From Octopus bimaculoides (Eukaryota), in contig NC_068981.1 in the NCBI RefSeq assembly GCF_001194135.2, positions 54,122,250-54,186,249 on the forward strand: DNA of 64,000 nucleotides, read 5' to 3'. Under the pieces are notes generated by a model that was not told the DNA's origin, did no database searches, and saw nothing but the letters and a program-made list of their open reading frames with translations. A program made the position numbers and the translations under genes. How positions within the stretch are numbered: the first letter of the stretch is position 1; every line of letters starts with the position of its first letter. Shown piece after piece: positions 36,121-49,600 of this stretch.

Positions 36121-38784
36121 TTTTCAGTTAATATTAATCATGACAGGTGTTCCTATGATGGCAGTAACAGTACCGTTAATAACTGCGATAGTAGTCATAA
36201 CCAATATAGCTGTAACATCAGCATCATTGGCAGAAATAACTACAGCAGTAATGCAGTAGCAATCATCACACTAAGAAGGTGGTCTGAAGTACGAACAGCA
36301 CTCGGTTTTCATGTGATGAGTTGATGAAGACAGACATGTGAAAATATCAAGAATTCATATCTTCTAGAAGACAGGATAGATTTGCATGTTTGCAGTTTCG
36401 GATCGATTCTAAAGGTTACAGATTCATGATCTAAATTAGCTCGGCAGAAACCTGGTCTGCTGCCTGTTTTTTTGAAGCTTATATCCGTAATGTAAATTGC
36501 ATAGGGACTAGCTTAGATAAATATGTTTAATATGAATTAATAAAAGTCAATAGAGGCCGGTGCTTGTCACTGAGCTGAGGTTACGGATAAGTTATTCAAC
36601 ATATATATCAATTCAAAATTCTGGATTGACAAATTTGCGGCGATTAATAGAATGTCGAAACCCACTCAAACATACCTTGAGAGAAATAAATTCAAGAAAC
36701 ATGAAATAAACGTATCACTTTGAATGTGTACTACAAGCGTAGGAGTGACTTACTTCAATGAATTGTTGAACCAACAAGATCGTTTATACTTTAAATTGAA
36801 TGCTATGGAACTTACAGGTGATCATATTAGTACAACACCTATTTATGGAATCATCTGGTGGTCGTAGTAGTAGATCTATTTTTATCAGTGCCATAGCTGT
36901 TAAGGAAATCCATAGAGTGCCATAGCTGTTAAGGAACAATTTTAAAGTGAGGTCATCTGCAGGGAAACTTTGACGGAGAGTAGGAGTAGTTTACTCGTCG
37001 GAGAATATGAAATTGTTGTCCTAAGTCAAGCAACATTTGAGAATGGCTATCTAGCAACTGAAGTATTGTCAAACGCACATTGCTTTTTTATCAACTTGGC
37101 AACACACCAGGTTGAAGTTTAGATCTCTCATTCAATGGTGAGTGAAAAGCGTTAGCGATAATATTTTCGGTTTCAATGAAAGATTTGCGCGATCTTTGAA
37201 GGAATCATTCATTTCAAAAACTCGTTTGTCAATCAGCTGTATAATTGATGATAAACTGTGGAGATAAGAGTCAACAACTTGTTGAGCCTTCTCGAACTAC
37301 AGAATCCTGGATTGATCGAATTGTGTTTCACATATTTATCCATTTCTTCCAGATTGTTAGCCAGTGTGTTTTTGTCAAACAGCTCCTATTAGATCTAGTT
37401 GACGATAGGGTTTATATTGAACAATAGTAACGGCTTCTAATGACAAGTAGAGCTTAATATCCTTTCTGTACTCCAAGTCTACGGGGAAAGAAGATATATG
37501 GATGTCTCGAAAGTACTAATAGCTTATTTTGTATTGCTCCCAGGAAGCTGACAGTCCTTGAAAATTCTAATTTCCTGATGACGAGTATATAAAATCTACC
37601 TTCGAATAAACTTTAAAAGATGCTTGAAAGTGGATGTTTATGCATTTTTACGAAATAGCTGGGTATATACAGGAATTCCTTGCTACTAAAAGTGATTTAC
37701 TTTTGCTGAAATATCGTAAAGCACTCCCCTTAACAGAAATACATTCATATGAATGCCTACTTTGTTTCTGTGCTAATATATTACAAATGGACTATATTTG
37801 TGTCTGCCTATTCTTTTCGTTTATGTTAATTTGGATTTTACCATATTTCTTCTTATAAAGTAGAAATCTGACAAAATACTTTAGCGTATAACCATGTGGA
37901 TCGAACATTTGCCGACACACATAAATATGCAAGTGTAAATGTGTAAATTTATTTGGAACTACAAAGCAACAAATAGAATACTAAAGGATATTCAATAAAG
38001 ATTTTATTTAATAGTGCTAATTAATGATAGTATACTTCAAAGACCTTGTTATTTAAAAATATTATGAGATAGCTGAGGAATTAAAAGAGTGTTTTTACGA
38101 CAGAAGCAGAAATTACAGAATTCTGTTCAGAAGTAAAAGAAACAAACTTTTCATCCGTAATAATATTGTTGTTGGGTCATGTTTTAATTGTGCCAAATGT
38201 AAAATATTCCCTTTTGTCTGCAGATAGATCACCTATATAATTAGGCTGACGTCTCCCTTTTGTCGGCATTATTTTTGCTCTACTTTCTAAAACCAGATAA
38301 TACAATCAGTTTTCAAATGCTTTCTTAGCTATTATGTTTGATGCGCCAGTGTGGTAATAACCATAATAAAAGCCTTTTAAGAAAATAAATTGAATGAATA
38401 TATCATCTTAAATTAAACGAATTGGATGTAAGTTAGCATCTGATCTTTAGTTTTGTGCATGCATGCGTGTGTGCATGCGTGCGCTCACGTATGCCAGTTC
38501 TTGACTGGGTGTATATCATTACATTCATTGGTTACCTGAAGACTAGAAAAAAAGTTTTAGAAATGTTCAGAGTAGTTGCTGGAGATTTCCTAGACTATGT
38601 AGTTTCTACATTATGTTTTTACTATCTTTTATCCCGATGCGTCCATGCTTTCTTCCAAGTATGTTAATATGTATAATTTTTTGTTATCACCTTTTGTTAG
38701 GAATAGCTATTATTTTCATTTGAGAACACACATTTATATACACTTATATACATATTCAAAGACATACACACATATATACAAAAC

Positions 38785-38823
<39 letters not shown>

Positions 38824-39924
38824 AGAAAGAAAGAGAGAGATGGAGAGAGGGAGTGGTTTTATTGAATGATACAGTTATAGAGACTCACATACAGGAGTTC
38901 AAGTTGAAGTCTTGAGACTAAGAATTCAGTATTTTAAAACCTAGATGATTGGTCTTTCCAGTTTTATATTATTTATTTGTATATCTTATATTTTCCGTTT
39001 CTTTGTAATTCTAACTGAATATTTTCCTAATTAAGAACAATTTTACTCTTGTCTGTATTTTATAATTTTATTATTTCAGTTTATTCCCTTAAATATTTTC
39101 CTATACGCGTATCATTTGCATCTTTTGAACGTGTCTCACTATCAATTTTCTCAATCATGATATTTTTAGTGCTTCTCAAAATTATACTTTACTTCGAAGT
39201 AATACTTGCAGGAAAAACAAAACAAAACATATATGTGAAATAAATATAAGAATCGCTGTTGTGTCAGGTTTTTCTACTTCCATATGAAATCTTCTAGCCT
39301 GACAAGGTGTAAGATTAGTCAGTCGGCAAATATGGCCTTCTTGAATCGATTCAGAGTAAACAGATTTGAAGAAACACAAAGTGTGTACATTCTCCTAACA
39401 ATATGCTAACGTAATTCGTTAACTGAAGAAACAGTTGGCGCAGCACATAACATAAAATGTTAACTATCATATGACGTCATTTGAAAGGCGGTCTTTTTTT
39501 TTTCTTACCCAACATGCTGATGCTTGTTTCATGTACAGTCCTGGAGCAATGAACATTTACTAGCAGGGTATGTTTACTCTCATATAACCAACCTTGCGGG
39601 TTCTTTGTTTATATGAACGATCGTTGTAATTATAATTACAAAAAGAAATATTAATCATTCTATAACAATGATGATAATGTGTGCACATAACTTGTATTTA
39701 AGTTAATGTACACAATGGATGCAGCTGGGTTTTTCCATTCTTTCTTTCTCATGCTCAGATCTATAGGAACTTACACAGGCAGCCTACCCCATTTCTTTCT
39801 CCCTCCCTCTCTCTCTACACACACACTCACACGCACACATGTATGTATGTATGCCGTTCATCTTACCATCACAGAACGGCACACTATATATATATATCCG
39901 CAAAAAATTTCAAATTTTATTTAA

Positions 39925-40275
39925 TTTGCTTTGCGGGAAGAACTGTTTTAACGAAGTCGCGTCTTGTCCCTAACTTCGCAACACGGAGTAGATAAAACAG
40001 AGGACAACTGATGAAGGGAATGTTCTTTACGTTGCCTGGCTCGTGTCTCTGTTTGTTTGTTTCTTTCGTTGTTCGAAAAAAGTTTTCTATGTTTTTGTTT
40101 TTAATGTTCTCGTTTCTCATTTTGTCTACGTTTTTTTTTATGTTTTGTACCCATATATGCATGTATATATATACATATATATGTAGGTATGTACATATAT
40201 GTATGTGTATATGCATATATTTATATATTATTTATATTATTATATGATCGAACGCCACGCATCCATTTCCAAGTA
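39925..40275 (+). mobile_element. Dispersed repeat containing CTGATGA (same family as 18660-18996)
   Basis: Inverted copy of 18660-18950; extends further 5' and includes a GTC site with a complementary stem. Confidence 0.6.
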
Positions 40276-40421
40276 AGTTTTATCTTAATAATTACGATGC
40301 GCACTCTTATTCTATCTATATTCTTTCTATCTATCTCCCTCTCTTGTTTTTCTTCCTTTCTGTTTTTCTCTCCCACCCTTTCCCTATTTTGCTCCTCTTC
40401 CATTCACCGTTCCCCCCTCTT

Positions 40422-40483
<62 letters not shown>

Positions 40484-41501
40484 TCCTTGACTCTCTTGTT
40501 GCTCACACGTGACCAATGGCTGTCCATCTTTCTTTCTTTCTTCCACTTCCTTCCTAAAGATAAGATGTGCTTTTACCTGTCTCTTCTCAAAGCTCATTTT
40601 TCCAGCGTCACCATTTCACATCGTCTTGGCTTAACAGCTCTCACCGTTTGTTTTTACTGTTTTGTTCTCACTGTCCTGTTTTTGTTACCACTTTCACCCT
40701 TCGCAAAAAAAAACAAAATTTTTATTTNNNNNNNNNNNNNNNNNNNNNNNNNNNNNNNNNNNNNNNNNNNNNNNNNNNNNNNNNNNNNNNNNNNNNNNNN
40801 NNNNNNNNNNNNNNNNNNNNNNNNNNNNNNNNNNNNNNNNNNNNNNNNNNNNNNNNNNNNNNNNNNNNNNNNNNNNNNNNNNNNNNNNNNNNNNNNNNNN
40901 NNNNNNNNNNNNNNNNNNNNNNNNNNNNNNNNNNNNNNNNNNNNNNNNNNNNNNNNNNNNNNNNNNNNNNNNNNNNNNNNNNNNNNNNNNNNNNNNNNNN
41001 NNNNNNNNNNNNNNNNNNNNNNNNNNNNNNNNNNNNNNNNNNNNNNNNNNNNNNNNNNNNNNNNNNNNNNNNNNNNNNNNNNNNNNNNNNNNNNNNNNNN
41101 NNNNNNNNNNNNNNNNNNNNNNNNNNNNNNNNNNNNNNNNNNNNNNNNNNNNNNNNNNNNNNNNNNNNNNNNNNNNNNNNNNNNNNTATATATATACATA
41201 CACATAATATATTTTTTAAAATTAACAGAATGAGATAAAAAATCCAAGGTTGTGAATAGTTTTCAGAACATTTATAAAGAGAATGTCTAACAGCTGTTTC
41301 CGGGATATTTTAATAGTTATTAGAGAGAAGATATGAAATACAGAGTGAAGTGGAGGATTGAAAACAGACGTGAGATACGTAAGGATATTGTATTTTTAGT
41401 TCCATTATTTAAGCAGAATGGTGTATATAAAAGTTTCCTGTACCTTGTGTGTGAGTTCCAATGTTGTTAATAGTTGGTCAAAAACAGGAAGAGAAAAAAA
41501 T

Positions 41502-42165
41502 GGGCATGGGACAGCAATAAGCTGACCAAGACCACAAAAGTGAAAATTTACCAGGCATGTGTACTTAGCACTCTACTGTATGGCAGTGAGACCTGGACAC
41601 CATACACATGCCAAAGCGCCGTCTAAATATCTTTCACCTGCGCTGCATCCGGAAAATCCTTGGCATCAAATGGCAGGACAGTGTCCCCAACAAAGATGTC
41701 CTCTAGCAAGCAGGAATACCAAGCATGTTTGCGCTCCTCACACAAAGACGTATGAGATGGGTTAGACATGTTAGTCGTATGGAAGATGGCAGAATTCCCC
41801 AAGGACATACTCTACGGAGAGTTTGCTTAGGGCACTAGTTCTGTTGGAAGACCATTCTTACGGTACAAGGATGTTTGCAAAAGGGACGTGAAGGCCTGCG
41901 ACATCAATATTAGCGACTGGGAAGCGGTTGCCAGCAACCGTGGAGATTGGCGACGCACCATAGAAGAGGGAATACAAAGGAGTTACAGAGGGAGAGGGGA
42001 GGAATGGAAAGGAAAGACATCAACAAGAAAGTATGACATTTCAACCAGCCAGGCAAAGTCTTCGCTACAACTGCGTCACCTGCCAGAGCGATTGTTCGTC
42101 CAGATTATTTTATGCGCAACTTCATTGTCTCCCGAGACAAAAGGATGTCAACAACAACAACAATA
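41502..42165 (+). mobile_element. RTE (BovB-like) LINE, 3' fragment
   Basis: KLTKTTKVKIYQACVLSTLLYGSETWT, FHLRCIRKILGIKWQDSVPN, RRMRWVRHVSRMEDGRIP, GRPFLRYKDVCKRDVKAC; stops and frameshifts present. Confidence 0.9.
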
Positions 42166-42167
42166 AT

Positions 42168-42240
42168 ATTTGGCGGTGCCCCAGCATGGCCACAGCTCAT
42201 GAGCTGAAACTAAATAAAATGAAAAATGAAAAATGAAAAA

Positions 42241-42292
<52 letters not shown>

Positions 42293-42465
42293 TACACACA
42301 CGACGGCCTTCTTTCAGTTTCCATGTACCAAATCCACTTACAAGGCTTTGATCGGCCCGACGCTATAGTAGAAGACACTTGCCTAAGGTGCCACGCTGTG
42401 GGACTGAAGCCGGAACCATGTGGTTGGGAAGCAAGCTTTTTACAACACAGCCACTCCTGCGCCTA
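42168..42465 (-). mobile_element. SINE family 2: plus-strand tail fragment (42168-42243) joined to a minus-strand 5' half
   Basis: GGCGGTGCCCCAGCATGGCC...(AAAATG)n, then CGACGGCCTTCTTTCAGTTTCC...GGAACCATGTGGTTGGGAAGC. Confidence 0.75.
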
Positions 42466-42477
42466 TGTATAGCTGTT

Positions 42478-42872
42478 ATCTTTTACTTGCTTCAGTAATT
42501 AGAATGCAGCAATGCTGGGGCTTCACCTTGAAGAATTTTAGTCAAATAAATCGACCCCAGTACATATTTTTAAAAATCTGGTACATATTCCATCGGAATG
42601 TTTTGCTGAACCGCTACTTTACGGGGACGTAAACACTGCAAGACCGGTTCTCGAGCGGTGGAGGGGGACAAACACAGACACAAAGACACACACACACGCA
42701 TACACGCACACACACACATATACATAGGATGGGCTTCTTTCAGTTTCCGTCTACCAAATCCACTCACAAGACTTTGGTCAACCTGAGGCTTTTCTAGAAG
42801 ACATTTGCCCAAGGTTCCATGCAGTGGAATTGAACCCGGAACCATGTAGTGGTGAAACCATTCCTGCGCCTA
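42478..42872 (-). mobile_element. SINE family 2 copy
   Basis: Similar to 29321-29722. Confidence 0.8.
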
Positions 42873-43869
42873 TGTGTATGTATGTATGTATGTATGTATG
42901 TATATATATATATATATATATACATATATATATAAGCAGTTTGCCGCAATATAAAACCATATAGGGAAAATTTTGCCGTCACTATGTGTGACTGTGGGTG
43001 CTAAAAGCACAGTTATTGCTAGAAATAAGAATTAAAACTCTTATAGCTGCGTGAAAAGCAAAATTCTACCCTGTCAATATATATATATATAATATCAATT
43101 TAGTTATACATAATTTTGTAATACATGATGAAAATATTCTTAATTAAATGATCATGATAATGGTAATCTTATTGCTAGCTTTCTTTAAATTATTGTTATA
43201 TTTTTGAGGAAATGGCTTCACAATCCATTATTAAACGCATTCATGATTTTGCTGTCGTTATTGTTTCTACAGTATATTTGGCACAGTTGATTAAAGTTTT
43301 GCATTCGTATTCTGCCTGGCTCATTATAGAACCAACAAATTGGTTCCAGAGGACACTTACAAATGGCAAAGTCGACCAGGCAAAAGGGCTAGCCGTCGAG
43401 ACGGAACGAAATACAATAAAGTGTTTTAGTTCGATGCACCAATGTTGCCATTCTTATACACACACACACACACACATACACACACACACGCACGCACGTA
43501 CGCACGCACGCACGCACGCACGCACACAAGCGCGCGCGCACACACACACACACAATTCTCAATTAATTCAAATCATTTCTCCTTTTCTTTGAGAGTCACT
43601 AACGCTCACCTCCTACTGCTCTCTCCACCACTATACTTTAACGATCAAGCAATTTCTTCAAATTTTTTTAATCCAAAAGAAGGTAGAAACATCGGAGCCA
43701 ACTAACTCACGGGAGTTCTGGCTAGTGAAACAAATGGTAAATAATAGATATTAACAATAAAGCATCTCTAGATATACAAATAAACAACAAACATGCATAC
43801 ATGCATGCATACATACATGCATGCATACATACATGCATGCATACATACATACATACAACAAAAAAGTAA

Positions 43870-44070
43870 TTTCTAATTTAGGCACAAAGCTATTAATTTA
43901 GGGGTGGGGTTTAGATGATTACATGGACCGCTACTTTACTGCTCCTTTGTTTTATCGGCCCTAAATTTAAAAAAATCCCCTGTTGATCTTGGTGGAAATT
44001 GAACTTTGATCGTAAAGAGCCATAGCTAAATGCACAGCATTTTGGTCAACACTCTAACGATTCTGCTAAT
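43870..44070 (-). mobile_element. SINE family 1 copy, degenerate
   Basis: TTAGGCACAAAGC...GATCTTGGTGGAAATTGAACT...CTAACGATTCTGCTA. Confidence 0.6.
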
Positions 44071-44090
44071 CAACTAGCCTAATGATGATG

Positions 44091-44154
<64 letters not shown>

Positions 44155-44159
44155 TAATA

Positions 44160-44710
44160 TGTAACTGAGGGAGAAACTGTATCTATTCTTTGGGACTTTC
44201 CAGGATGTACAGACTGGACCATCAAGTCAAATAAACCAGATATTGTTGTGAAAGACAAACGCAACAAAGTATGTTTATTGATTGACATGAGCATACCCTG
44301 TAACCATAATATCTCGACAAAAGAATTTGATAAGCTCAGTAAATATAAAGATTTGCTAATCGAAATCGAAAAGATGTGGCATCTCATAGCGGTTACAATA
44401 CCAGTGATTGTAGGAGCACTTGGAATGATCAAAAAAGGACTTGAAAATTATTTAAGAATGATCCCTGGCTTACCATCCATGCAGGAAGTACAAAAGTTTG
44501 TCTTAACTGGTAGTCACACGTATTGAGAAAAGCATTGTTGCTGTGAATTTTCTTTCCTGCTTACCCTTTTATTTTAATTGCTTTTCTATTTTTTATTTTT
44601 CTATATTCCCTCTGTCTGTCTCTTTTTCTCTATCACATGACTTTGTAAATGAACAATCTGGTTGTTTGTTTTAATGGCCTACCAATGTATACAGTACGTT
44701 TCTCTGCCCT
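44160..44710 (+). mobile_element. R4/Dong-like LINE, 5'-truncated: restriction-like endonuclease domain and start of 3' UTR
   Basis: ILWDF...NKPDIVVKDKRNKVCLLIDMSIP..NISTKEFDKLSKYKDLLIEIEKMW..IPVIVGALG (PD..D/E..K-type motifs); preceded by (GAT)n(AAT)n. Confidence 0.9.
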
Positions 44711-44782
44711 ATGTGTCATAAAGACACTCGTCAAGAAATGGAAACAAAATTGAAAGAAGATGCTAATGAAAATAATAATAAT

Positions 44783-44994
44783 AAACATTCAGACAAATAC
44801 ATAGCAAAAAACTCCAGGAGTTATAAGTATATATAGCATACAGAAAATAGCACTTCTAGGCCCCGTACACATCCTATGCAAAACACTTTCAATATAGTGA
44901 AAATAAGAGCACCACAACAAACTACAGCACATACCCAAAGCACACAGAGCTGCGCTCGGTAGTACAGTGAAAGCAGGTGATAAAAATAAGACTA

Positions 44995-44997
<3 letters not shown>
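44783..44997 (+). mobile_element. Second R4/Dong-like family, short 3' end fragment
   Basis: KHSDKYIAK/TPGVISIYSIQKIALLGPVHILCKTLSI*; flanked on both sides by (AAT)n. Confidence 0.7.
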
Positions 44998-45059
<62 letters not shown>

Positions 45060-45597
45060 CAATAATAATAATTCAGCGCAGAACTGAATAATGACATAAG
45101 TGTGCTACACCGGGCTCTCCATTCAAAAACAAATCTAATCTAATAACATCGGTGGAATGGGATAAAGGAACCCGTGGAAGACTTGAAGGAAACAGGCTTT
45201 TAACGAAAATAATCATGAAAACGAAATTTTGCAGTCATACAAAGCACAGTTTCTCCTATGCACGATGTCTCAGAGAAACATGTGCAAGACACACACGCGA
45301 AATCAGCACCGGAAAGTTTACAGATTATAAAATAGAAATGAAACAAAACTGTAAGTACATAAATTGAGCAATAACCCATACACTCGAATGTCTACACAAT
45401 CACATATACATTTTAATACCCAGAGGACCAAACATACATCCCAATGTTTACACAACTACGTGAAATTTACAGGATACACATACACGCATATGAAACACGT
45501 GTCACAAACGAAGCAAAAACAAAACCAAAACAAAATATATATATTTTTTTTCGGATTAACACAGAGTGAACAAGTCATAAATTTAAAAACACCACAA

Positions 45598-47871
45598 AAA
45601 AATTTGCCGTCTGTAAAGCGAGTAGGTCGCCGGGACTTGATGGTCTTCCGTACGAGCTGTATAAATGTATACCAGACTTGTTCGGGCATCTACTGGCTGA
45701 CGTTTACGCGAACTGGCAACAGAATGGGTTTATCTCCAGATCTGTGCGCCGGGGAGTAGTGACGTTGGTCAGAAAGGACCTGGACAAGGGGGACGTTATA
45801 GAGAATTTCAGGCCCATCACTCTTTAAACGCAGAAGTGAAAATTTTGGCCAAGGTCTTAGCGAAAAGGTTGACGTGTGTCGCGAATGGTATAGTCGGGGA
45901 GGCACAGACATGTGCCATCCCAGGCAGAACCATTCAGAATACACTCCATCTTATCCGCTATACCATAGAGAGGGTTGGTAATAAATCTGGCAAAGGTGGG
46001 GAACTGGTACATTTGGACCAGTCTAAAGCTTTTGATAGGGTTGACCATCGATACCTGGCGACGGTACTTGCGCGGTTCGGCCTGGGCCTTGGCTTCCTCA
46101 GGTGGTTTATCGCTTTGTACCACAACATTGACTCGATAGTTCGGGTGAAATGTTTCTTTTTGAAGCCGTTCTGCATCAGACGCTCGGTTCGTCAAGGATG
46201 TCCGCTCTCACCACTTTTGTATGTGGTGACTCTCAAGCCCCTACTGCGAAGGTTGAGTGGCATTCCAAAAGAACCAGGTCTAGAGGAGTTTGTTACGGCT
46301 TACGCGGATGATATCACTATCAGCGTAACCTCAGTAGCACGCCTACGTGAAGTGGGTAAGACTATTGAAGCTTATGAGGAGGTGGAAGGAGCAAAGATTA
46401 ACCGGGAAAAGTCGGTCAGCTTGCAGCTCGGCACCTGGGTTAGCAAGTCGATGCCTTCAGACAGCGTTGTTGGACGCTGGACGGAGGGACCGGTTAAATT
46501 GCTGGGCGTTTGGTTTGAACCAGGCCTCCAGATAGAGAAGTACTGGACGGAGATATTGAGCAAGGTGGCTGCAGTAGTCAAGACCTGGTCTTGGCGGTGG
46601 TTATCCTTGAAAAGGAGGGCAGAGGTGGCAAATGTGTTTATTGCATCGGTCATTACCTACCACCTGACCGTCGTGCCGTGTCCGGATTCGTGGTTGATCA
46701 GGTTGGAGAGAAAGCTCTTTCGCTTTTTGTGGAAGGGCAGGTCGCCACTTGTGAAACATTCTGTCTGCTGTCAAAAGCCTTTAGAGGGAGGTTTAGGGAT
46801 GCCTTGGTTAATGTTGTGCAGGCATGCGTTGAGATTGAGGCACCTCTGGATTCTCCTGGATAATGAATGGGTGTGGTCTCCGCTGGCCAGACAAATGTTC
46901 CCCGAGTTCAAAAGTTTTTGCGAACAGGAAGCCTGCTGTTCTCGTAGACCGTGGTCGAGTGAATGGCATAAAGAGTGCCGTAAGGCCCTCTTGCTATTCC
47001 GGCGCTCGGGCAACGCCAGCGGTGGGGCTTCCACACGGATTTTATATAGTGGGTTGGTAGAGTCTGAATGGGACGATGGCCTGTGGGCGACTCTAGGTCT
47101 CGGGTTTATTCAACTGTTTCACCGTACATTCGGGTTGAGAACGTTGGATAACTTCCAAAAGTCCTTAACCTGGCAATGCTACAGAGGTGCCTTGCCCGTT
47201 TGAGATAAGCTCGCAAGACACAGTAAGCGTCAGTCGCCGACTTGTCCAAGATGCGGGAGGGCAGGGAAACCGTTCCCCATGCTATTGTTCAATGTCCGGA
47301 GATATCTGAAATGTTTTCTCACGGTTGTAGCAATAGCGAAAGAGGCAGTATGGAAGACTAGGACAAAAGGAATTAAGACAGGCAACTTTATCTCTGGCCA
47401 CAATTTACGATCATTTNNNNNNNNNNNNNNNNNNNNNNNNNNNNNNNNNNNNNNNNNNNNNNNNNNNNNNNNNNNNNNNNNNNNNNNNNNNNNNNNNNNN
47501 NNNNNNNNNNNNNNNNNNNNNNNNNNNNNNNNNNNNNNNNNNNNNNNNNNNNNNNNNNNNNNNNNNNNNNNNNNNNNNNNNNNNNNNNNNNNNNNNNNNN
47601 NNNNNNNNNNNNNNNNNNNNNNNNNNNNNNGAAAAAAAAAAAAGAGAACATAAAAGGTACCAGCGATAGATCGGGGCTTGTGTGGTCGGAGCGTGGCCTG
47701 ATCATCGCTTTATTTGTATTGTCCCTGTATTGTTAATTTCATTCGATTTTTTTAATATATTTTATCTTATTTTTAAAAGTCATATTTCATGTAAAATCAT
47801 ATCGATTTACTGATCCCATCAGTTGTTCTGTCCATTTCTATGTTTAGTCCCTGTTGGGCAATAAAGAAATT
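45598..47871 (+). mobile_element. Tx1/L1-clade LINE, copy 2 (5'-truncated)
   Basis: SRSPGLDGLPYELY, ENFRPITL, a long RT ORF and the same 3' UTR end as copy 1. Assembly gap at 47417-47630. Confidence 0.92.
45836..47203 (+). pseudogene. Tx1 reverse transcriptase ORF (455 aa open segment)
   Basis: KILAKVLAKRL, DQSKAFDRVDH, RSVRQGCPLSPLLY, AYADDIT, KINREKS, GGLGMP. A 1-bp frameshift lies upstream; TGA replaces the R codon expected in GALPV(R)DKL. Confidence 0.92.
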
Positions 47872-48035
47872 GGTATTTCGTCTGTCTTTACGTCCTGAGT
47901 TCAAATTCCGTCGAGGTCGACTTTGCCTTTCATCCTTTCGGGGTCGATAAATTAAGTACTAGTTGCGTACTGGGGTCGATTTAATCGACTGACCCTTCCC
48001 CCACAATTTTGGGTTTTGTGCCTAGAGTAGAAAAG
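47872..48035 (+). mobile_element. SINE family 1, 3' half fused to the Tx1 copy 2 end
   Basis: Begins GGTATTTCGTCTG, the same SINE position as 29810. Confidence 0.85.
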
Positions 48036-48595
48036 TATATTAATTTCATCTTTGAAAGAAAAGCTGCTTGTTTATGCATATGCTTCTGCGCGTATGTAAA
48101 TGGACGCGCGCATATAATTACTTGTGTACTTCTATATATATGTGTAGCTGTATCTGTATGTGAGTGGGGTGCTATGCACATACACACGCACGCACATATA
48201 TATACATACTTATGAGTAGGTGTGTGTGTGCGTGTCTAGCTGTGTAATTATAGATATTTAATTCTGAGAGTGGTTTGAACGACAAAATCGAATGATTTTG
48301 GATTTGTTGTTGGTATTTAATTTACAGACCATATTAAGAAGAATTAAAACTATAATAACAGGAAATAAATATTTTGGAAAAGTCACTAATTAAATGGTAT
48401 TAGCATAATCCACAGTGTGCAACTAATAATCCTCTGGCAATATTTTATGTAAATCTTCTACCACCTGGTTGTTTGCTATGATTGTTAACTGCCTTTTTGC
48501 ATTTATCTTGAATTATATGGAGAGACCTATTAAACTATCTAACTATCCTCAAGAGCACTGGAGAATGATTAATTTACAGGATCAGATATAATAAA

Positions 48596-48638
<43 letters not shown>

Positions 48639-48672
48639 AGAAAGAAAGAAAGAGAAAGGGTGAAAGATGGCT

Positions 48673-48739
<67 letters not shown>

Positions 48740-48994
48740 AGTACATTTGCGGTAAACCACCCGCTGGACGATTGGTCGAGTGATACCCAATATTTCGCAT
48801 AGAAACTTCTCATGAATGAACACATGACATTCCATTTAAGATAGTAATGTTTTTTTCCTTTTTTGTTTCAAGAACAACTTATCTGTCACGCAAAGAGATT
48901 TTTAGTCAATATAGAATTTCAGTATTGTGCCCGTACTTTGATTTGAAATAAAAAATAGCAAAATTATATATCAATATTAAAGAATAGATTAAGA

Positions 48995-49600
48995 CGGCAA
49001 TCTGGTTGGATCGTTAGCACGCCGGGAAATATACCGGCATTTCGTCTGCCTTTACGTTCGAAGTTCAAATTCTGCCGAGGTCAACTTTGCCTTTCATCCT
49101 TTCGGAGCCAATAAAATATGTACCAATTGAGCACTGGGGTCGATGAAATCGACTATCCCCTCTCCCGAAATTGCTGGCCTTGTGCCAACTTTTGAAACCA
49201 ATATTAGGGTGTAGATTGAAAGATGGATGATTTGCAGAAATAAAAACATCAGAAAATACCTTGCGATTTTTGTGTCCGTTCATACTCTGAGTTCAAATTT
49301 TGCCAAGGTCAACTTTGTTTTTCACCTCTCCGTCGATAAAATAAAATACAAGTATTGGGATCAACTTAATCGACTATTTCTCTCTCAACAAAATTTCTGT
49401 TCTTGTGCCTATGTTAGAAACAGTATGAGGCAGTGGAGTGGTAGAAATTACGTCTTTACACATTCTAAGTTCAAATCGCGCTGTAATCGACTATATCTAT
49501 TTTCTTTTTATCTGCCGAAGTCGTTAAAATAAAGTAGTATTAATTAATTACTGGCGAAAGTTTAATCCACTAACCCTTTCCTCTCTCAAAACAATTTCTG
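48995..49600 (+). mobile_element. Cluster of three SINE family 1 copies of increasing divergence
   Basis: B-box-like AGTTCAAATT recurs near 49060, 49290 and 49470, each followed by the family body. Confidence 0.7.

Noticed and set aside
36887-36936. 21-bp direct repeat with an 8-bp spacer
   Set aside because: Only two units; a simple local duplication.
36300-37560. Possible decayed hAT-type transposase (VDE, TELR and KLN..LTG fragments)
   Set aside because: Motifs too weak and spacing inconsistent to call without a profile search.
45075-45560. ORFs of 71 and 131 aa upstream of Tx1 copy 2
   Set aside because: No recognisable motif; possibly a decayed retroelement piece, but unassignable.
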